A DNA stretch of 64,000 nucleotides from positions 17,600,711 through 17,664,710 of the forward strand of contig MU054187.1 of assembly GCA_013239625.1 (NCBI GenBank), given 5' to 3'. This document shows, piece after piece, positions 13,244-26,623 of this stretch. How positions within the stretch are numbered: position 1 is the stretch's first letter; each line of letters begins with the position of its first letter. This DNA is from Lama guanicoe (Eukaryota). The position numbers and the translations under genes were made by a program. Under the pieces are notes generated by a model. The model ran no database searches. It was not told where the DNA came from and was given only the letters and a program-made list of their open reading frames with translations.

Positions 13244-16200
13244 TGTGTGTATGTGTTTGGGAGAGAGAGAGATAGTCCAGACAAGCTGGACCTACTAAAG
13301 ACTGATTTTAAAGAGAATGCCAATAAGCCTCATGGATACAGTGATTTAGAGGCTGAGAGGTAACTAACCCACACAACCCTCAAAATAAAGATATTCAGGC
13401 TATTGAGGGACAAAGCTCATCCCTTAGGTACCCAGGCACTGCGATGAATAGAGAAGGAACTTTCCTCAAAAGGAAAACCTACTTAAGGGACAGACTTGAT
13501 CCCGAACAGTGACTCAAGGTTATGCTTCTCAGATTAGCCTCTAGCCCAGCCTCAAAGATCTCAGGGATTTTAGGATGTGAGGGAATACACAAATTTACAA
13601 ATGCAAGATGTGATAAGAAACCAGGAGTGAAGAACTATTCTGCTTTTCACACATTTCAGTAATGAATATTTTATTTACTGTGGGGGTAAATAAGAGTTAA
13701 AAAGGAAGAATAATACTCATTACATAAAACCAGAGGATACTGTCTGAGCAAGCTGACCAGGGGTTTCTGGGGAAGCAGGGAAGTACCTCACTTTTACTAA
13801 GGTTGGTTGTGGGCAGAAGAGAGAGATGCTACAGATGGGAGGTAGGAAAAACATTGTGAAAAGGACCCAAATCCCACAGAAATTAGAAAGAAAAGATTGG
13901 GTACTATGTTATAATTATTTCTGTAATGCTTTGTACTAATCCAAAAGATTATGAAGACTGAGAAAATAGACTTAACACGTAAAAATCTTTATATTGCATG
14001 AATTGAAAGAGTGAATTGCAGGTTATAAAAGTTGTGTAACCAAATGTAATGTGCTCATCTTAACCTTTTTTTTCTTTTTTTTTGCATTGAGGGGGAATAT
14101 TTCATGATATAGCATTTTCAGTTTTTCCTTAACCAAAAGCCATTTTGTATTATTTCTATTTCCTAATAGCCAAGGCCTTCAAATTGCTATCTATCATTAC
14201 TATTAGTTATTTTTAGATATATTGTCACTCAAGCGGGGTTGCAAGTCTCTTTGAAGGGGAAAAACACATCTTACATTTATTTGATTCCCTCTCAATATGT
14301 AACAGAAACCTAGAGCACAGGTTTGATATATAGAGGTGCACACATAGCAGGGCATTCATTTGAACATACACCTTAACTATGTCTCATCTACCAATGAGAA
14401 GTATAAGACAACAGCTGAGATTGCTACCGTTAAGCTTAATAAGATTTATTATGGTGTCGAATTAGATTCTAAATTTTGATTCTCTAAGAAACTGGAAAAT
14501 GAGTGAGATACCACCTTAAAGGGTATTTTTTTTTCTATTTTACGATGTGTATTTCCTTTTAGAGTCGTCTTCTTAACTGGCCATCTGCTAATCATGTATC
14601 TTTCAAAGTTATTCAGACACGAAGTTCTTGTTATGATTAAATCTAGCCATTTTATTTTCATCAGTACATTTTCCTCGCTGCAACTGAAGAGATGAATTGG
14701 AAGAAGGGATAAGAGGAAGGGAACAAAAATAATTGGAGAAAAAGGAGAGAAAGTGTCTTGCACAGAGAAAAGTAGGAGGGAACTGTAAACATCTACACCA
14801 AAGGGGGCATACCAAAACCATAGCAACTCCCACAACCTTCCTTATTTGAAGTGAAAGGTTTAGCAAACTCAGCTGTCATCTGCTAATTTAATTTTTTTAT
14901 GGCAGTTCAGTAAGTAAATGGGAATTCAAAAGAGATTTCCTACCCTTTGGTGCCATCATGAGGCCAAAATAACAAAGTACTGAGAAAAGTAGATCTCCAG
15001 GGTAACCCAAGGTTTTGATATTTTCTTTTCACTCAAAATGTAATTATCCAGAGAATGAAAGTTTATTTCAGAAAGAAATATAATTACTTTTACTATAATT
15101 GAAACCATCCAACCAACAAATCATAGCTCATATGTCTACATAGGTAGTTCACTGAGTGGAATAAAATGTACCTTAAATTTTTAAGCAACTGTGAAATTAC
15201 AACTGTGAATTTGGAATCAATAAAATATTCATACTTTGAAGTTACATAGCCATGACCTAAAGCTTTTAGAGTGTTTTAAATCAATCACATCAAAATTTTA
15301 GCTTCAAATATTTATTTGTTTATGCTACAGTGTCATAAGGCAGCATGTATGGTAAAGTTCCTCAGAGATCTCAAAACACAATGTTATGATGTCACAGGAA
15401 GAGAATATGCCATTTTAGGAATGGGACAGATGACAATAGAAAGAATGTGGCAAAGCAATTTTTCAGAAAGAGTAACTAATGATATTTAAGAACTTTGCAC
15501 CTAGACGAATCAAAGTATGAATCACTATCAGGTGATTCAGTATTTGAACTCTTCACAAAGTACATTTAAAATATTACAAAAAGATGTTTTGTTTAAAGTC
15601 TCTACCAAATACACTTGTTCTGCTATTTGTGTTACATCTATATCATTATCCCTGACTCATAGTATATCCATTCTTAGCCTTATTTTAAAGGCATCAATAG
15701 AGGTACAAAATATTCATTATTCGTCTGCTTTCTTAGTCCATTAATTTTTTGTGTGTGAATGGTGAAAGTTTTCTCATATGATGAAAATATGGTCCCTAAA
15801 TGACGCCCGATCAGGCCAAATCTGATTTCTTCCCATCGGTCTTCAAAATTTGACCTACTTCTCTCTCATTTTACCTTTGTGACATTTAGAAATGGAAAAG
15901 CCCCACAAATTTCACCTGTAAGGTATGGACTCTCTGTCTAAGGGATGGAAAGTTTCAGTATGCATATGTCTTGCTTAGCTCAGCTTCTCTTATTTATTGG
16001 AAAAGCCACAGCCAGAGAAAAAATAAAACTGCTGAACTGACTTTTACCGGCTTTTGTTCTTAGTGCATCATTTTCCCATCTTGTTCATACCTCACACTTT
16101 TATGCAGTATTTCCATATTTTCAGAATTACCATCATATTTTCAGAAACACCATCAACTTCAGTTATAATAAAGGCAGCCTGAATTGCTTTCTTTTCTTTC

Positions 16201-16478
16201 TCTTGTCTCAGAGACAGATCTTATATGTAGAAATGTAATAATTTGTTCTCATTTAAAGTCAGTGGTGATCTCCTTTTGTGACCTGGCCTCCAGCATTCTT
16301 TCTGTAGAATCACAGTGCTAATCCCAGCGTGGCTTTGGGCATATGTTGCCCTCATTTGGCCCCTGTAACGTTGCTCAAGATGGATCATTATTTCTAACAT
16401 TATCCCAGGGATAAAGGGAAGTAAAATCTCCCTCCACAGTAATAGCATCAAAGGCCCCTTTTACCGGCAAGAGTTACC

Positions 16479-16505
16479 AAAAAAAAAAAAAAAAAAAAAA
16501 AAAAA
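16479..16505. repeat. Poly(A)27 tract
   Basis: Read directly; no recognisable retroelement body attached. Confidence 0.95.
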
Positions 16506-16821
16506 GACGTGGTTTCTGCCCTGATAAAATTCTCAAAGGCCCCCAGTCTGAGGGAGGAAGCTTGGGAGCCATCATCATTTTATATGAAAAGAAGTGCTGT
16601 GATCGCCTATAACCTCCTTGGAGCAGGACAAGGCTATTCCTATGTCAAAGAATGTCCAAATATGTAAATGCTTTCCAGTGTCCAAATACTTAAATGTCAC
16701 CTCATCATAATTCTATTCATCTCACATACTGAGATGGTTCCTTTCTACTCTAATGACATCATCTTTTGCTTTTACTTCATTATGCAGTTTTGGGGAAGAG
16801 AAAGAAATTTAGGAGAGAATT

Positions 16822-17275
16822 GAGTGTCTGATTCAGATGGGATCTAAGAAAAGAGTCTAATTATAACAGAAATTATTTAATGCATAAAATTAGTTACACA
16901 AGTTATAGAGGGAAGAGGGAAGAAACTCAGAGACTATCAACAGCAGGGAACCACTACTAATCCCTAAGTGGAAAAGACAAATGGGTGAGACCGTGTGGGA
17001 GAAGCCTGGGGATAATGTCACCTGGTAGAGGGTGGAACCCTATCACTCCTTTCCATAAGGAGCTGGAGACACAAATGGTACACCTGAGGCTTTTCCTCCC
17101 TTCCTGCTGCCTTCCAATCTCTGGCCAATGATTCTCACTGTGAAAACTTACCGTAACCCCTCAACAAGGGAGCGTTAGTTACACAGCCTGCATGAGTCAG
17201 CCTTCCCAAGACCCAGAGCAGAACAGAGGAATTGGAAGGAATGGATCTGGTTAAGACTAATTCAGGACTGGCAAA
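16822..17275 (-). mobile_element. Ancient ERVL-class solo LTR (LTR33/LTR41-like)
   Basis: 'cttcctgctgccttccaatctctggccaatgattctcactg...gagtcagccttcccaagacccagagcagaacagagg...aatggatctgg' follows the recalled LTR33-family antisense pattern. Confidence 0.6.
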
Positions 17276-18142
17276 GAACCCTGGGTAAATAGGAAAAATA
17301 AAAACGTGTCATTGTGTATGTGTTAGAAGGAAAAAAGAAAAACCTGAAAAGCTATAAATGCCTAGTACATAACTCCCTTGGTTCACATAATTCCCTTTTG
17401 TGCTAGGCATTATTGTTTGAGAACAATCCATGGTTGGTTTTTCCAATCAAAAGACTTCTTTTATTACCAAAAAAAATACATTTTTAAAAATTTCTTTGAC
17501 ATGTTGCAATTAAGAATAATGTATAATTTATTAATATTAATTTCTACTTTAAAAGATAAACTGTTCTTTTTCTCTGCTTAAAATGGAGCTACTGTGAAAA
17601 TAATTTTCAACTAAATTAGCTTCCCATTTTATTCCCTGCTGCTAGTAATGAAAACACATCTTCCAGCAGTGATGAAAGCATAATTTCTAATGGTTTACAG
17701 CAAAGAGGGTTTTTGATAAAGTGGGGACAGTCAAAAGCAAAGTCAGAACTCTGAGGCTATTTTATTTCAACTGAATTCATCTTTAAATGACATTATCCAA
17801 GAACTTTTGTTCTACTAATAATCTACAATAACAGGAAAGTAGTATCTTCTGTCAAGATAGAAGACTATATTAAAATCAATAAAAATCACTTAGGAATATA
17901 CCAATAATTATTTTTATTCAAGGTCAAAAATGTCAAAAAAAAAAAGAAACAATGGTTATATTTTTGCTTCAGGTTTTACTGAGGTAACTAAAACTGTCAA
18001 GTGTGATCAACTTTAAATATTCCTCTCCACCTTCTGTGTGTTCCCCTCCATGTATCTATATCCATTCCACCATTTCTTTATTGTGGAAGACTTGAGATTT
18101 CTCAAGTTATATATTAGCGTAGGCAATATGAATGTGCCTAAG

Positions 18143-18146
<4 letters not shown>

Positions 18147-18179
<33 letters not shown>
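18147..18179. repeat. (CA)n microsatellite
   Basis: Read directly. Confidence 0.95.
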
Positions 18180-18180
<1 letters not shown>

Positions 18181-19751
18181 CCAGAGTCAGGACCATTTCC
18201 AGGTTTGAGCCAAAATCTAGCTTTAGCAAAAGAACTATATCTATCATGTTAATGTTGTACATAATATGTCACACTAATGTCATTAATTGAAACCCCCAAT
18301 AAAATGTTTATTATCTTAATTTGCATTGGTTGTAAATTTTTATAGGAATTTATAAGTATACTACTTTATGTTTAATCATATTTAGGAAGTGTGATAATAA
18401 AAATAGTTTGTCAACACCAAAGAAACCATAAGAATTTTTTTTGCTCCTTTTAAGACTTTCGTAAAACCCACAATGTTAGAAACATTGGGCTAAATATTCC
18501 CTAAGATTCCCTGCTGTAAAGCACTATGGCATTCTCATCTCTTTGCACTTATACCATACTTAACCACTAGAGGACAGTAAGACACTTGGACTAAATGAGA
18601 TTTTTCGTTATCTTCCCCATTCTCCAGGAAATTTTAGAATTGAAAGAAGCCTGCTATATATATTTTTTCATGTTAAGTCTTCAGAATCTACTGTGTATTT
18701 TATACTGACTTTTCAAAGGTTTCTTAGTTTTCACACAACAAATGCATTCCAATATTTCCACCTTCTCTGCATCCTCTGTCCACTTCTACAATAATTTTCC
18801 AAGAAAGTTCTAACGCCTCTATTAATATAGGTCATTAAGCCCAATATTCAAGGAGTCATCTCAGCAAACAATTGAGACCAACTCCATGTTGAATTTTGAA
18901 TTAATGATGAATAGTGTCCTATCAAGGAATTCTCCATATGCAGTCTTACGTTGTGCATTTCCAAAAGTATCCTAAGACCCTGAAGATCCATTCTTCTATA
19001 TACTCCCCTGTTCTCTGCTCATAGGTCTTCAAATTCCATTGACAAATTACTATGTTTTTCCCAGAAGAGAAGTTCTGGATTCTAAAGTCTTATACCTAAC
19101 GTGAGTGTTGGAGGTGGACTTTGAGAAAAACAGTGTCATCTTGTGAGGCACTTGCTTCAAGTAACATTTTTCTTTTCATGTTCTCCAGGCAATGGGAAGT
19201 TGCTATTCTCTGATAAAGTCAAAAAAGGTTACTTATGATCACAAAAAGAGTCCCGTATGAGTTTTCAGAGTAACACTCTTTCCTTATCAGGGCCCTACTT
19301 GGACACAGAAGGTCTGTAGACACCATGCATTTATTCTGCAGCTCTTTTCATTTTATAACACTCTGGACCTGAGTTTCAGTGCAATGAGGCACTAAGGGCT
19401 GGAGGAAATGAGAATCACCTTTAGTGACGTCAGAGTGCCCTCTGACTTTTTCAAGCATGCCTTAAATTGGGAATTAATTGGTCGAATTTGATCATTCGAG
19501 GAAAGGGGAAGTCTGCATTTTCAATGCCATTTAAAAGAACCAACCTACTTCACAATCATGTAATTATCATCTCCCTCACATCTGGTATATGCAGTGGTTT
19601 CTCTTCTCCCAATATATTAACCTCCACCTCTACCTCATCACAATTAGCTATATATAAAAAGGTTTAGTAATAAGGGTGGCAATTTATCTTTCTGCTCTTA
19701 ATGCTGTCTTAGGTTACTTGCAAATAGAGCTTGAGCTCATGCTACTCAATG

Positions 19752-20705
19752 GCAAAACAAACAACGTATCTGAAAAATGGGCAAAGGACCTGAATAGACA
19801 GTTTTCCAAAGAAGACATACAAAAAAACCAACAGGTATATGAAAAAGCACTCAACATCTCTAATGTGGGGGAAATACAAATCAAAACCACAATGAGATTT
19901 CACTTCACACCTGTTAGAATGGCTATTATCAAAAAGATAAAAGGAAAATAAGTGTTAACAAGGATGCGGAGTAAAGGCAATCCTTGTACACTGATGGTGG
20001 GAGTGTAAATTGTACAGCCATTATGGAAAACGATATGGAGGCTCCTTAAAAAATTAAAAATAGAACTACCGTATAACCCAGTAATCCCTCTTCTGGGTAT
20101 GTGTCTAAAGGAAATAAAAGTAGTACCTCAAAGAGATAGCTACATTCCAATGTTCATAGCAGCATTATTACAATAGCTAAGAGATGGCAACAGTTTAAAT
20201 GTACATCGATAGATGAATCAATAAAGAAATTGTGATTTGGCTATACAGTGGAATATACATTTATAACATAAAGAGATCCTGCCATTGTGATAACATGAAT
20301 GAAGCCAAAGGACATTATGCTAAGTGAAATTAGCCTGACACAGAAAGAAAATAAAATGATCTCACTGATATGTGGAATCTAAAAATGTCAAACACATAGA
20401 AGCAGAGAGTTGAACAGTGGTTACCAGAGCTGAGGAGGTGGGAGAAACGGGGAGATGTGATCAAAAGGTACAAAGTTTACTTTATGTAAGAGGAATAATA
20501 ATAATAATAATAATTCTAGAAATCTAATGTATAGCACACAAAAAGAAAAAAGATAACTATTTGAGGAGATGGATATTCTAGTCAATGATTACAGTAATCA
20601 TTTTACCATCTACCTTTTTTACTATCATTTCTTAAGATGTACATCTTAAATATGTACAATTACTATTAAAAACAATAGTAATAAACAAACAAACAAACAA
20701 AAAAA
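19752..20705 (+). mobile_element. LINE-1 3' end (L1MA-like)
   Basis: ORF KWAKDLNRQFSKEDIQ...IKTTMRFHFTPVRMAIIKK is the L1 ORF2 C-terminus; typical 3'UTR and (AAAC)n tail. Confidence 0.92.
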
Positions 20706-20789
20706 CCCTAGAGGCTGAGGATAAACTTAATCGCTAATGCTCTGGTCTACAGCACTCCAGCTGTGGTCTGTTCACCAGCTGCGTCTGCG

Positions 20790-20935
20790 CGGCCTTGCAG
20801 CTTTTTAAAATAGGAGGGTTGGGCCCCCACCCCAAACATGATGAATCAGAATATCCAGGGGGAGCTCAGATACGAGGGTATAAAAAAATCTCTTTAGGTG
20901 ATTCTCAGTTTCACTAAGTTTGAAGGATACTGCTA
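20790..20935. mobile_element. MER5-like hAT-Charlie element
   Basis: 'gggcccccaccccaaac..tgaatcagaatatccagggggg...aggtgattctc...taagtttgaaggatactgct'. Confidence 0.7.
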
Positions 20936-20939
20936 TTGA

Positions 20940-21260
20940 GGGAAACGCAGCTTTAAGGGAGTGAGTGAAAAGCAAAGCAGAGAAGGCGGGGAAGCAGGAC
21001 ATTTCTTCACAAAACGGTCAGGCGGGTGCTTACTCAGCAAGATACACCTCCAAAGAAGCGTTGCAGAAACCCCAGTCCAGCAAAGGAAAACTGAGGAGAG
21101 GGCTCTTCCAACACCGTTTTCTCACCGGTCAGTGTTGACCCTGTGGTTCATTACTATTCCTGCACGTCAAACCCGCTCACGTGACCACCGGGTAAAACAG
21201 ACCCCAAGTCCTGTGCTACGGGATTTCATCAGAGTGAGGAAGTGGTAGGAGGGGCGAAAT
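20940..21260. promoter_or_regulatory. Candidate distal enhancer (CpG-retaining motif cluster)
   Basis: Local CpG excess; TGTGGTT 21142-21148, TCACGTGACC 21177-21186, GAGGAAGT 21236-21243. Confidence 0.35.
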
Positions 21261-24200
21261 GTATTTACTGCATGTTTTCCAGTATATCCAAATATATTTC
21301 CTCCTTTGTGCATTTTATTTTATTTTGCTTTGAAGTTCTGAGAATTTTATTAAATGAAATAGGAAGCTATTATTTGGTACATCATGAATTTGAATCTCCC
21401 CTTGTTTGAAAGAGAAAATTCCAGCTCTCTGCTCCCACCTGACTACTTTTATTTGCAGTTGGAAGGAAAATGACTGCCGCTTAAGTTTCAATTGTATTGT
21501 TAAAAGTTTTCTGCACTTCCTTCAAAATGCCTGCGGGAGCTTGTGGAAAAGGGGGTCAGCAAATCTATTCTGTTCCGTGTATTTTTGCTGGGGATGTGAG
21601 AAGCTGAGGCGCCAAGACGGCAGCACAGCCCCCTCATCATCTATGTCACATCTGCCACTGATTCTTCTTTCAAAGGAACTCTTATTCGCCCCTTCTTTTG
21701 CTTTGCCACCGACACCTGCCAAACGGAAATCCTGATCATCTCTCACCTGGCTTAATACAAATATCTCTTCACCCTTACTTCCAGCTCTATTCTCCCACTT
21801 TCCTGTTGAAAACAATTTTTGAGGAGTTGCTGTTTCCTACACTGAAAAAAAAAATCTAGATGCCATTAGCTGTTCTCCTCTTAGCTTCTACTATCATTTT
21901 ATAAATCATCCACTCCAGCCAATCAGTCAGTTGACTCTTCACTGTGTTCTCTAAAAGGCAGGTTATGAATACATTTATAGCATGGACTTGCTATAATATT
22001 CTGGTTAAAAAAGCAGACTTTTAAAAGAGTAGGAATGAAAGGTAAAATCTAAAGAAGCTACATGACAAAGAGAAAGATTCATTGCCTAAGTAGCTGGAGC
22101 ACAGCCATCAGTTAACAAAGAGCCCTGCACTAACATTCAACAATTATTTGTAAACCTGGAGGAGAACAGTCATCATCTTGAATCTGTTCATTCCCACTGG
22201 TGAAAAAAAAAATGTTTTTCCTTTGAAAGTGACAAATAAAATACCAACGTGGGCCATCTGGTATCTGGACAGAATCAATTTCAAATACTAATCTCGCTCA
22301 ATTCAGCCTGGACCATTACTACAGATGGGCTTATGGCCCAAGAGCTATAGTTTCAGAATCAAATGAAAACGGGACCCTTCCAGTACTGCAAGTGGACCAA
22401 GTTTTGAAAATATGCTACTAAGAGTTATTCAAATAAAATTCTTTAATAGTAAGCATATGGTTTTATTTACTATCACTCTTTCATCCCTAAATAATCATAT
22501 TCAATATTCATTTTGAAATCGGTATGAAGCCATGACAAAGAGGCCTAAGTATTTGGCAGCACAAAGCTGCCCAATTTATCAATATTTGGTAAAGCAGAAA
22601 TAGCATTTATAAAGAAGACCAGATGGTCTTTGCTTATGAAATTTTAAGTAATGGATATCATTTACATGAACTATAAGGTAAAAAATAGAGGTATAAAGGA
22701 TTCTTTGGGACTATAGTTGGAGAGTGATTTTGCATTCACTCCTCTGTTTCTTACTTACAAGATCATAAATAATCGTCACTTGTTTTTAAGACTCCAACAA
22801 GACTATATTACAGAAATTACTACAAAAGTAATAGAGCTACAATAGATAATAGAGATTATCTAATCTCCTAGTTTTAAAGATTATAAAATTGAGTTTCAGA
22901 AAATTCAAATGATTGAATTGCCTAATCCAGCAGATAGGTGGACCCAACCACACTACATCGTACTTCCTCTTTAGATAGAATGCTACTGGTTAGAATAGTA
23001 TTAATATTCACTAAGTAGCAACGATTGATTAGGTATGAGACCAAAGACATATGCAGAGAAAAGACATATACAAATAGGCTTCGTACAAAAGGGAAATAAG
23101 AAAGAAAAAAAAGTAAGATAGAAGTGGGATCAGCATTTTAGCATTTTAGCAAGAGTAGCTGGAGCAGAGGCAACAAGACAATGTTGCTCCTTGTTGCTTA
23201 AATTGGTTACTCTTCTAGCCACGTGCTCTGGAAGGCAAAGTTCTTAGAAGTAGATTTAATAATCTGTTTATAACATTTAGGACTGAGTTTAATATCGGCA
23301 GTGATTAAAATTGTCACATACAAATGTAAATGGTTATGTGTGTTTTACTTGTTAGGACATTGATAATTATACAAATATTTATCTGTGATTACAATATAAT
23401 TCTGTTTAGGATTTAGAGCATCAGAACCAACTTGCACAACTCTTTGAAGAATAAATTTGAGAATAAGTCATCCAAAGTGTATTCACAATTTGATTCTTGA
23501 TGCAATTAAAATTCCAAGCTTGCAACAAATAAAATAACTTTGCTTTGAATACCTAGAGGAGGAATTTAAACTTGACTGAACATGCTTAAAATCATGTTTC
23601 AATAAAACCTCTCATTTAAGTCACTGATATGTGTTGTACCAATGCTTATTCACCTCCAAATTCAAAATCTAATAAAATAAAACAAATTTAATTCTAAAGC
23701 TGAAGTATTCCATTAGATATCTAATATATATATGCAATATATATATATATAAGAATGAAAAGAAAATTATAGGTTAGTAATGTAAAACAAATAATAAATC
23801 TAAATACAAGAATAATATACTCCCCCCTCCATCAAATAAATACATAAAAATATTTCATGTATCTGTTTTCATTAATAAAATGATGACTGAAATCTTGGTG
23901 ATTTCAACACAAAGATGTCTTTATTCTTTTAATTTGTGCCAACTAAAAATAATAATAAAGAAAAATAGACAAAGGACTTCTTTTTTTAATGAAATTAAAA
24001 AATAGTCCTAACCCTATAGCATAATCTATGGATAACAGCTGCCAAATACAGTGCAACTAATTCCAGATTGAGAGAGGATGCCAAGAACATATGCAAATCT
24101 CAGCTAAATTCACTCAAAGGACAGATTTGTTTGAAATCAGAAGGCACATACCTTTAATTACTTTAAAACCATTTGAGCAGGAAAGCATACTTAAGAGATT

Positions 24201-24585
24201 GGAAACATGTAAGTTATCTCAACTCGATCACGGTTTAAGCCTGCTATACCTAGTTGAAAACCTCTGGATATTACATGGAATTATAGCTTGGATTGACTTG
24301 GAATAGTGAGCTCTAGTGATGTGGGCAGGCCATGAAAGAATTTCTGAAACATGTCCCCCGTGACAGGATGTCTTGCAAAGGAAAAGACTTGAAGGTTCAA
24401 AAGAGAAGACACTTGAAGACATGTCGGCATTGCAAGAAGAAGAATAGAAATCCAGAAGAAAGAATGTTTCAGGGACTTGTGCTGGCAGTTGTTATTTAAC
24501 GTCTATGGAACAAAACTAAACACAAAATCACCTCATAAAAATTATAAAGGAGACCTCCTGCTCACCTCAACTCAGGAGTGAATGT

Positions 24586-25255
24586 GGGGAAGGGTTCAAG
24601 ACGGTGGCATAGGAAGATCCTGAACTCACCTCTTCCCAGGGACACAACAAATCCACAACTACATATGGAACAGTTTCTTCTGAGAAAGACCTGCATGAAC
24701 AGAACCTCCACAACGAAGGATGAAAGGGCAGCATCAAGATAGGTAGGAGAAGCAGAGACACAGTCTTACCAAAACACAAAAGCAAAACAAAAAACCATTC
24801 CAGCCACAGCAATTCACAATAGAGAGGAATCTCAGAATGCAGAACTTCTTGAGGAGCACTGGTTTGTGCTCCACATCAGGCACTCCAATCATTAGATCCA
24901 GTACAGGATGGACACGACCCCTAAATACCTGTCTCTGAAACCAAATGGGAAATATGTTCAGGAAAACCATAAAACTGTAGAGAACAGAGAACCCACTCTT
25001 AAAGGCTCACACACAGACACACTTGCCTTAGGACCCAGCACAAAAATATCAGTTTGTAAAGCGCCTAGACTGTAGGTGAAGGAGACCCTCTTACTAACCT
25101 TGGAGTATCTAGCAGAGAGACAGCAAAATGTTGGCACCGTTTCCAGGGACAGAGACACAGGGTGACAGCATTTTTGCAATCTCTTCCTCCCTGGCTAAGC
25201 ACAGGGCTGGTAGGTGCCATTTTGGGACTCCCTCTCCAACTAGCGGAGCCAGACT
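24586..25255 (+). mobile_element. Isolated LINE-1 5'UTR fragment
   Basis: Starts 'ttcaagacggtggcataggaagatcctgaactcacctcttcccagggacacaacaaatc', a typical laurasiatherian L1 5' start; no ORF1 follows. Confidence 0.75.
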
Positions 25256-25274
25256 ACGTGTGCGGAAGTGACAA

Positions 25275-25368
25275 AGTGTCATAGTGTCTGATAGTGTCAT
25301 AATATCCAGAAATAACTTTCATATGTTTGAGAAAAATAATAATAATTATTGCAATAAATACATATAAG

Positions 25369-25418
<50 letters not shown>

Positions 25419-25540
25419 TTAAGGCAAATGTGGCAGAATGTTAAGAATCACTGAATCCATGTGAAGAGTATGCAGATCTCCCTTGTACTATCCTGGCAAA
25501 TTCTCTATTACTTAAAATGTTTTCAAGTAAAAAAAAAATT
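25275..25540 (+). mobile_element. Old L1 (L1MC/ME-like) 3' terminus containing a (TA)n(GA)n microsatellite
   Basis: 'aaggcaaatgtggcagaatgttaagaatcactgaatccatgtgaagagtatg...ttgtactat...ttttcaagtaaaaa'; microsatellite 25369-25417. Confidence 0.65.
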
Positions 25541-25753
25541 AATGAAAGAACACCTAACTGGATTTTAGAAGAAGACAGGAATTTAAATAATGAATTTTTT
25601 TCTTAAAATTTGCTCATTTTTATAGTATAGAAATAATAATCTTGATTTTAAGAAACTTTAGAAGAAAACCAGAAACAAAAGTTTAAAAATAAAAAATAAT
25701 CATTTCTAAGCTCCCGAGAGGGCTGTTACTAACATTTTTATTCATTCTATAAA

Positions 25754-26435
25754 AGTATAATTAACATAATATAAACTATATTCCTTTAAAGGTAAAGTTT
25801 AACAAGTTTTGACATCTGTATACAGCTGTGAAACAATTACCACAATCAAGGTAAGGAACATATTATTCAGTCACAAAAGTTTCTTCATTGCCCTTTGTAA
25901 CCTCTCCTTCCCTCCCTTCACTGCCACCGCTCACCTCCAGGAATACAATGCTCTCTCTGTCAGTATAGACTAGCTTAAGCATTCTGACATTTTATTAGTT
26001 TTTTGTCTCAATTCTTCTGCTCTTCATAATTATTTTGAGGTGCATCCATGTGATTTTGTATCAGTAGCTTTTTTATTGTCATGGATAGCATTCCACTTGA
26101 TGGACATACCAAATTTGTTTATCCTTTCACCTGTTGATGGAAATTTGGGTTGCTTCCCAGTTTTGAGCTATCACAAATAAAGATGCATGAATGTCCATGT
26201 ACATTTCTATAGACCTGTGCTTTCCTTTCTCTTGGGTAAATACCTGTGTGTGGAATGGATGCATCAATGTGGTCAATACATATTTAACCTTTTAGGAAAC
26301 TGACAAACTGTTTTCCTAGGTGAGTGCACCATTTTACATTTCCACAAGAAGTATATGAGAGCTCCAGGTGCTCCACATTCTTACCAATCCCCCCACATTT
26401 AACTTCAGGTGTTCAAAAACTGTGTAATGGTATTT
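25754..26435 (-). mobile_element. LINE-1 3' end (L1MB/MC-like)
   Basis: 'gtttatcctttcacctgttgatggaaatttgggttgcttcccag...cttgggtaaatacct...ccattttacatttccacaag'. Confidence 0.88.
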
Positions 26436-26474
26436 ACATGCATTCTACTTTCATTAACCTTGAATATCAATACT

Positions 26475-26623
26475 CTTAATATCTCCATTCATAAATGAAG
26501 AAATTGAGGCATGGAAAGATAAATGATTTGTCTAAGGTAAAAAAAAATTCATATGAAAGAAGGTTAGACTCAATCCAGACCTCGGATTCTAATTCCTGTG
26601 CTTTAATCCTTATGGCATACTGC
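26475..26623 (-). mobile_element. MIR fragment
   Basis: 'ccattcataaatgaagaaattgaggcatggaaagataaatgatttgtctaaggt'. Confidence 0.7.

Noticed and set aside
22251..22339. Imperfect inverted repeat as a pre-miRNA or MITE
   Set aside because: Pairing is limited to ~7-nt patches with a large unpaired interior
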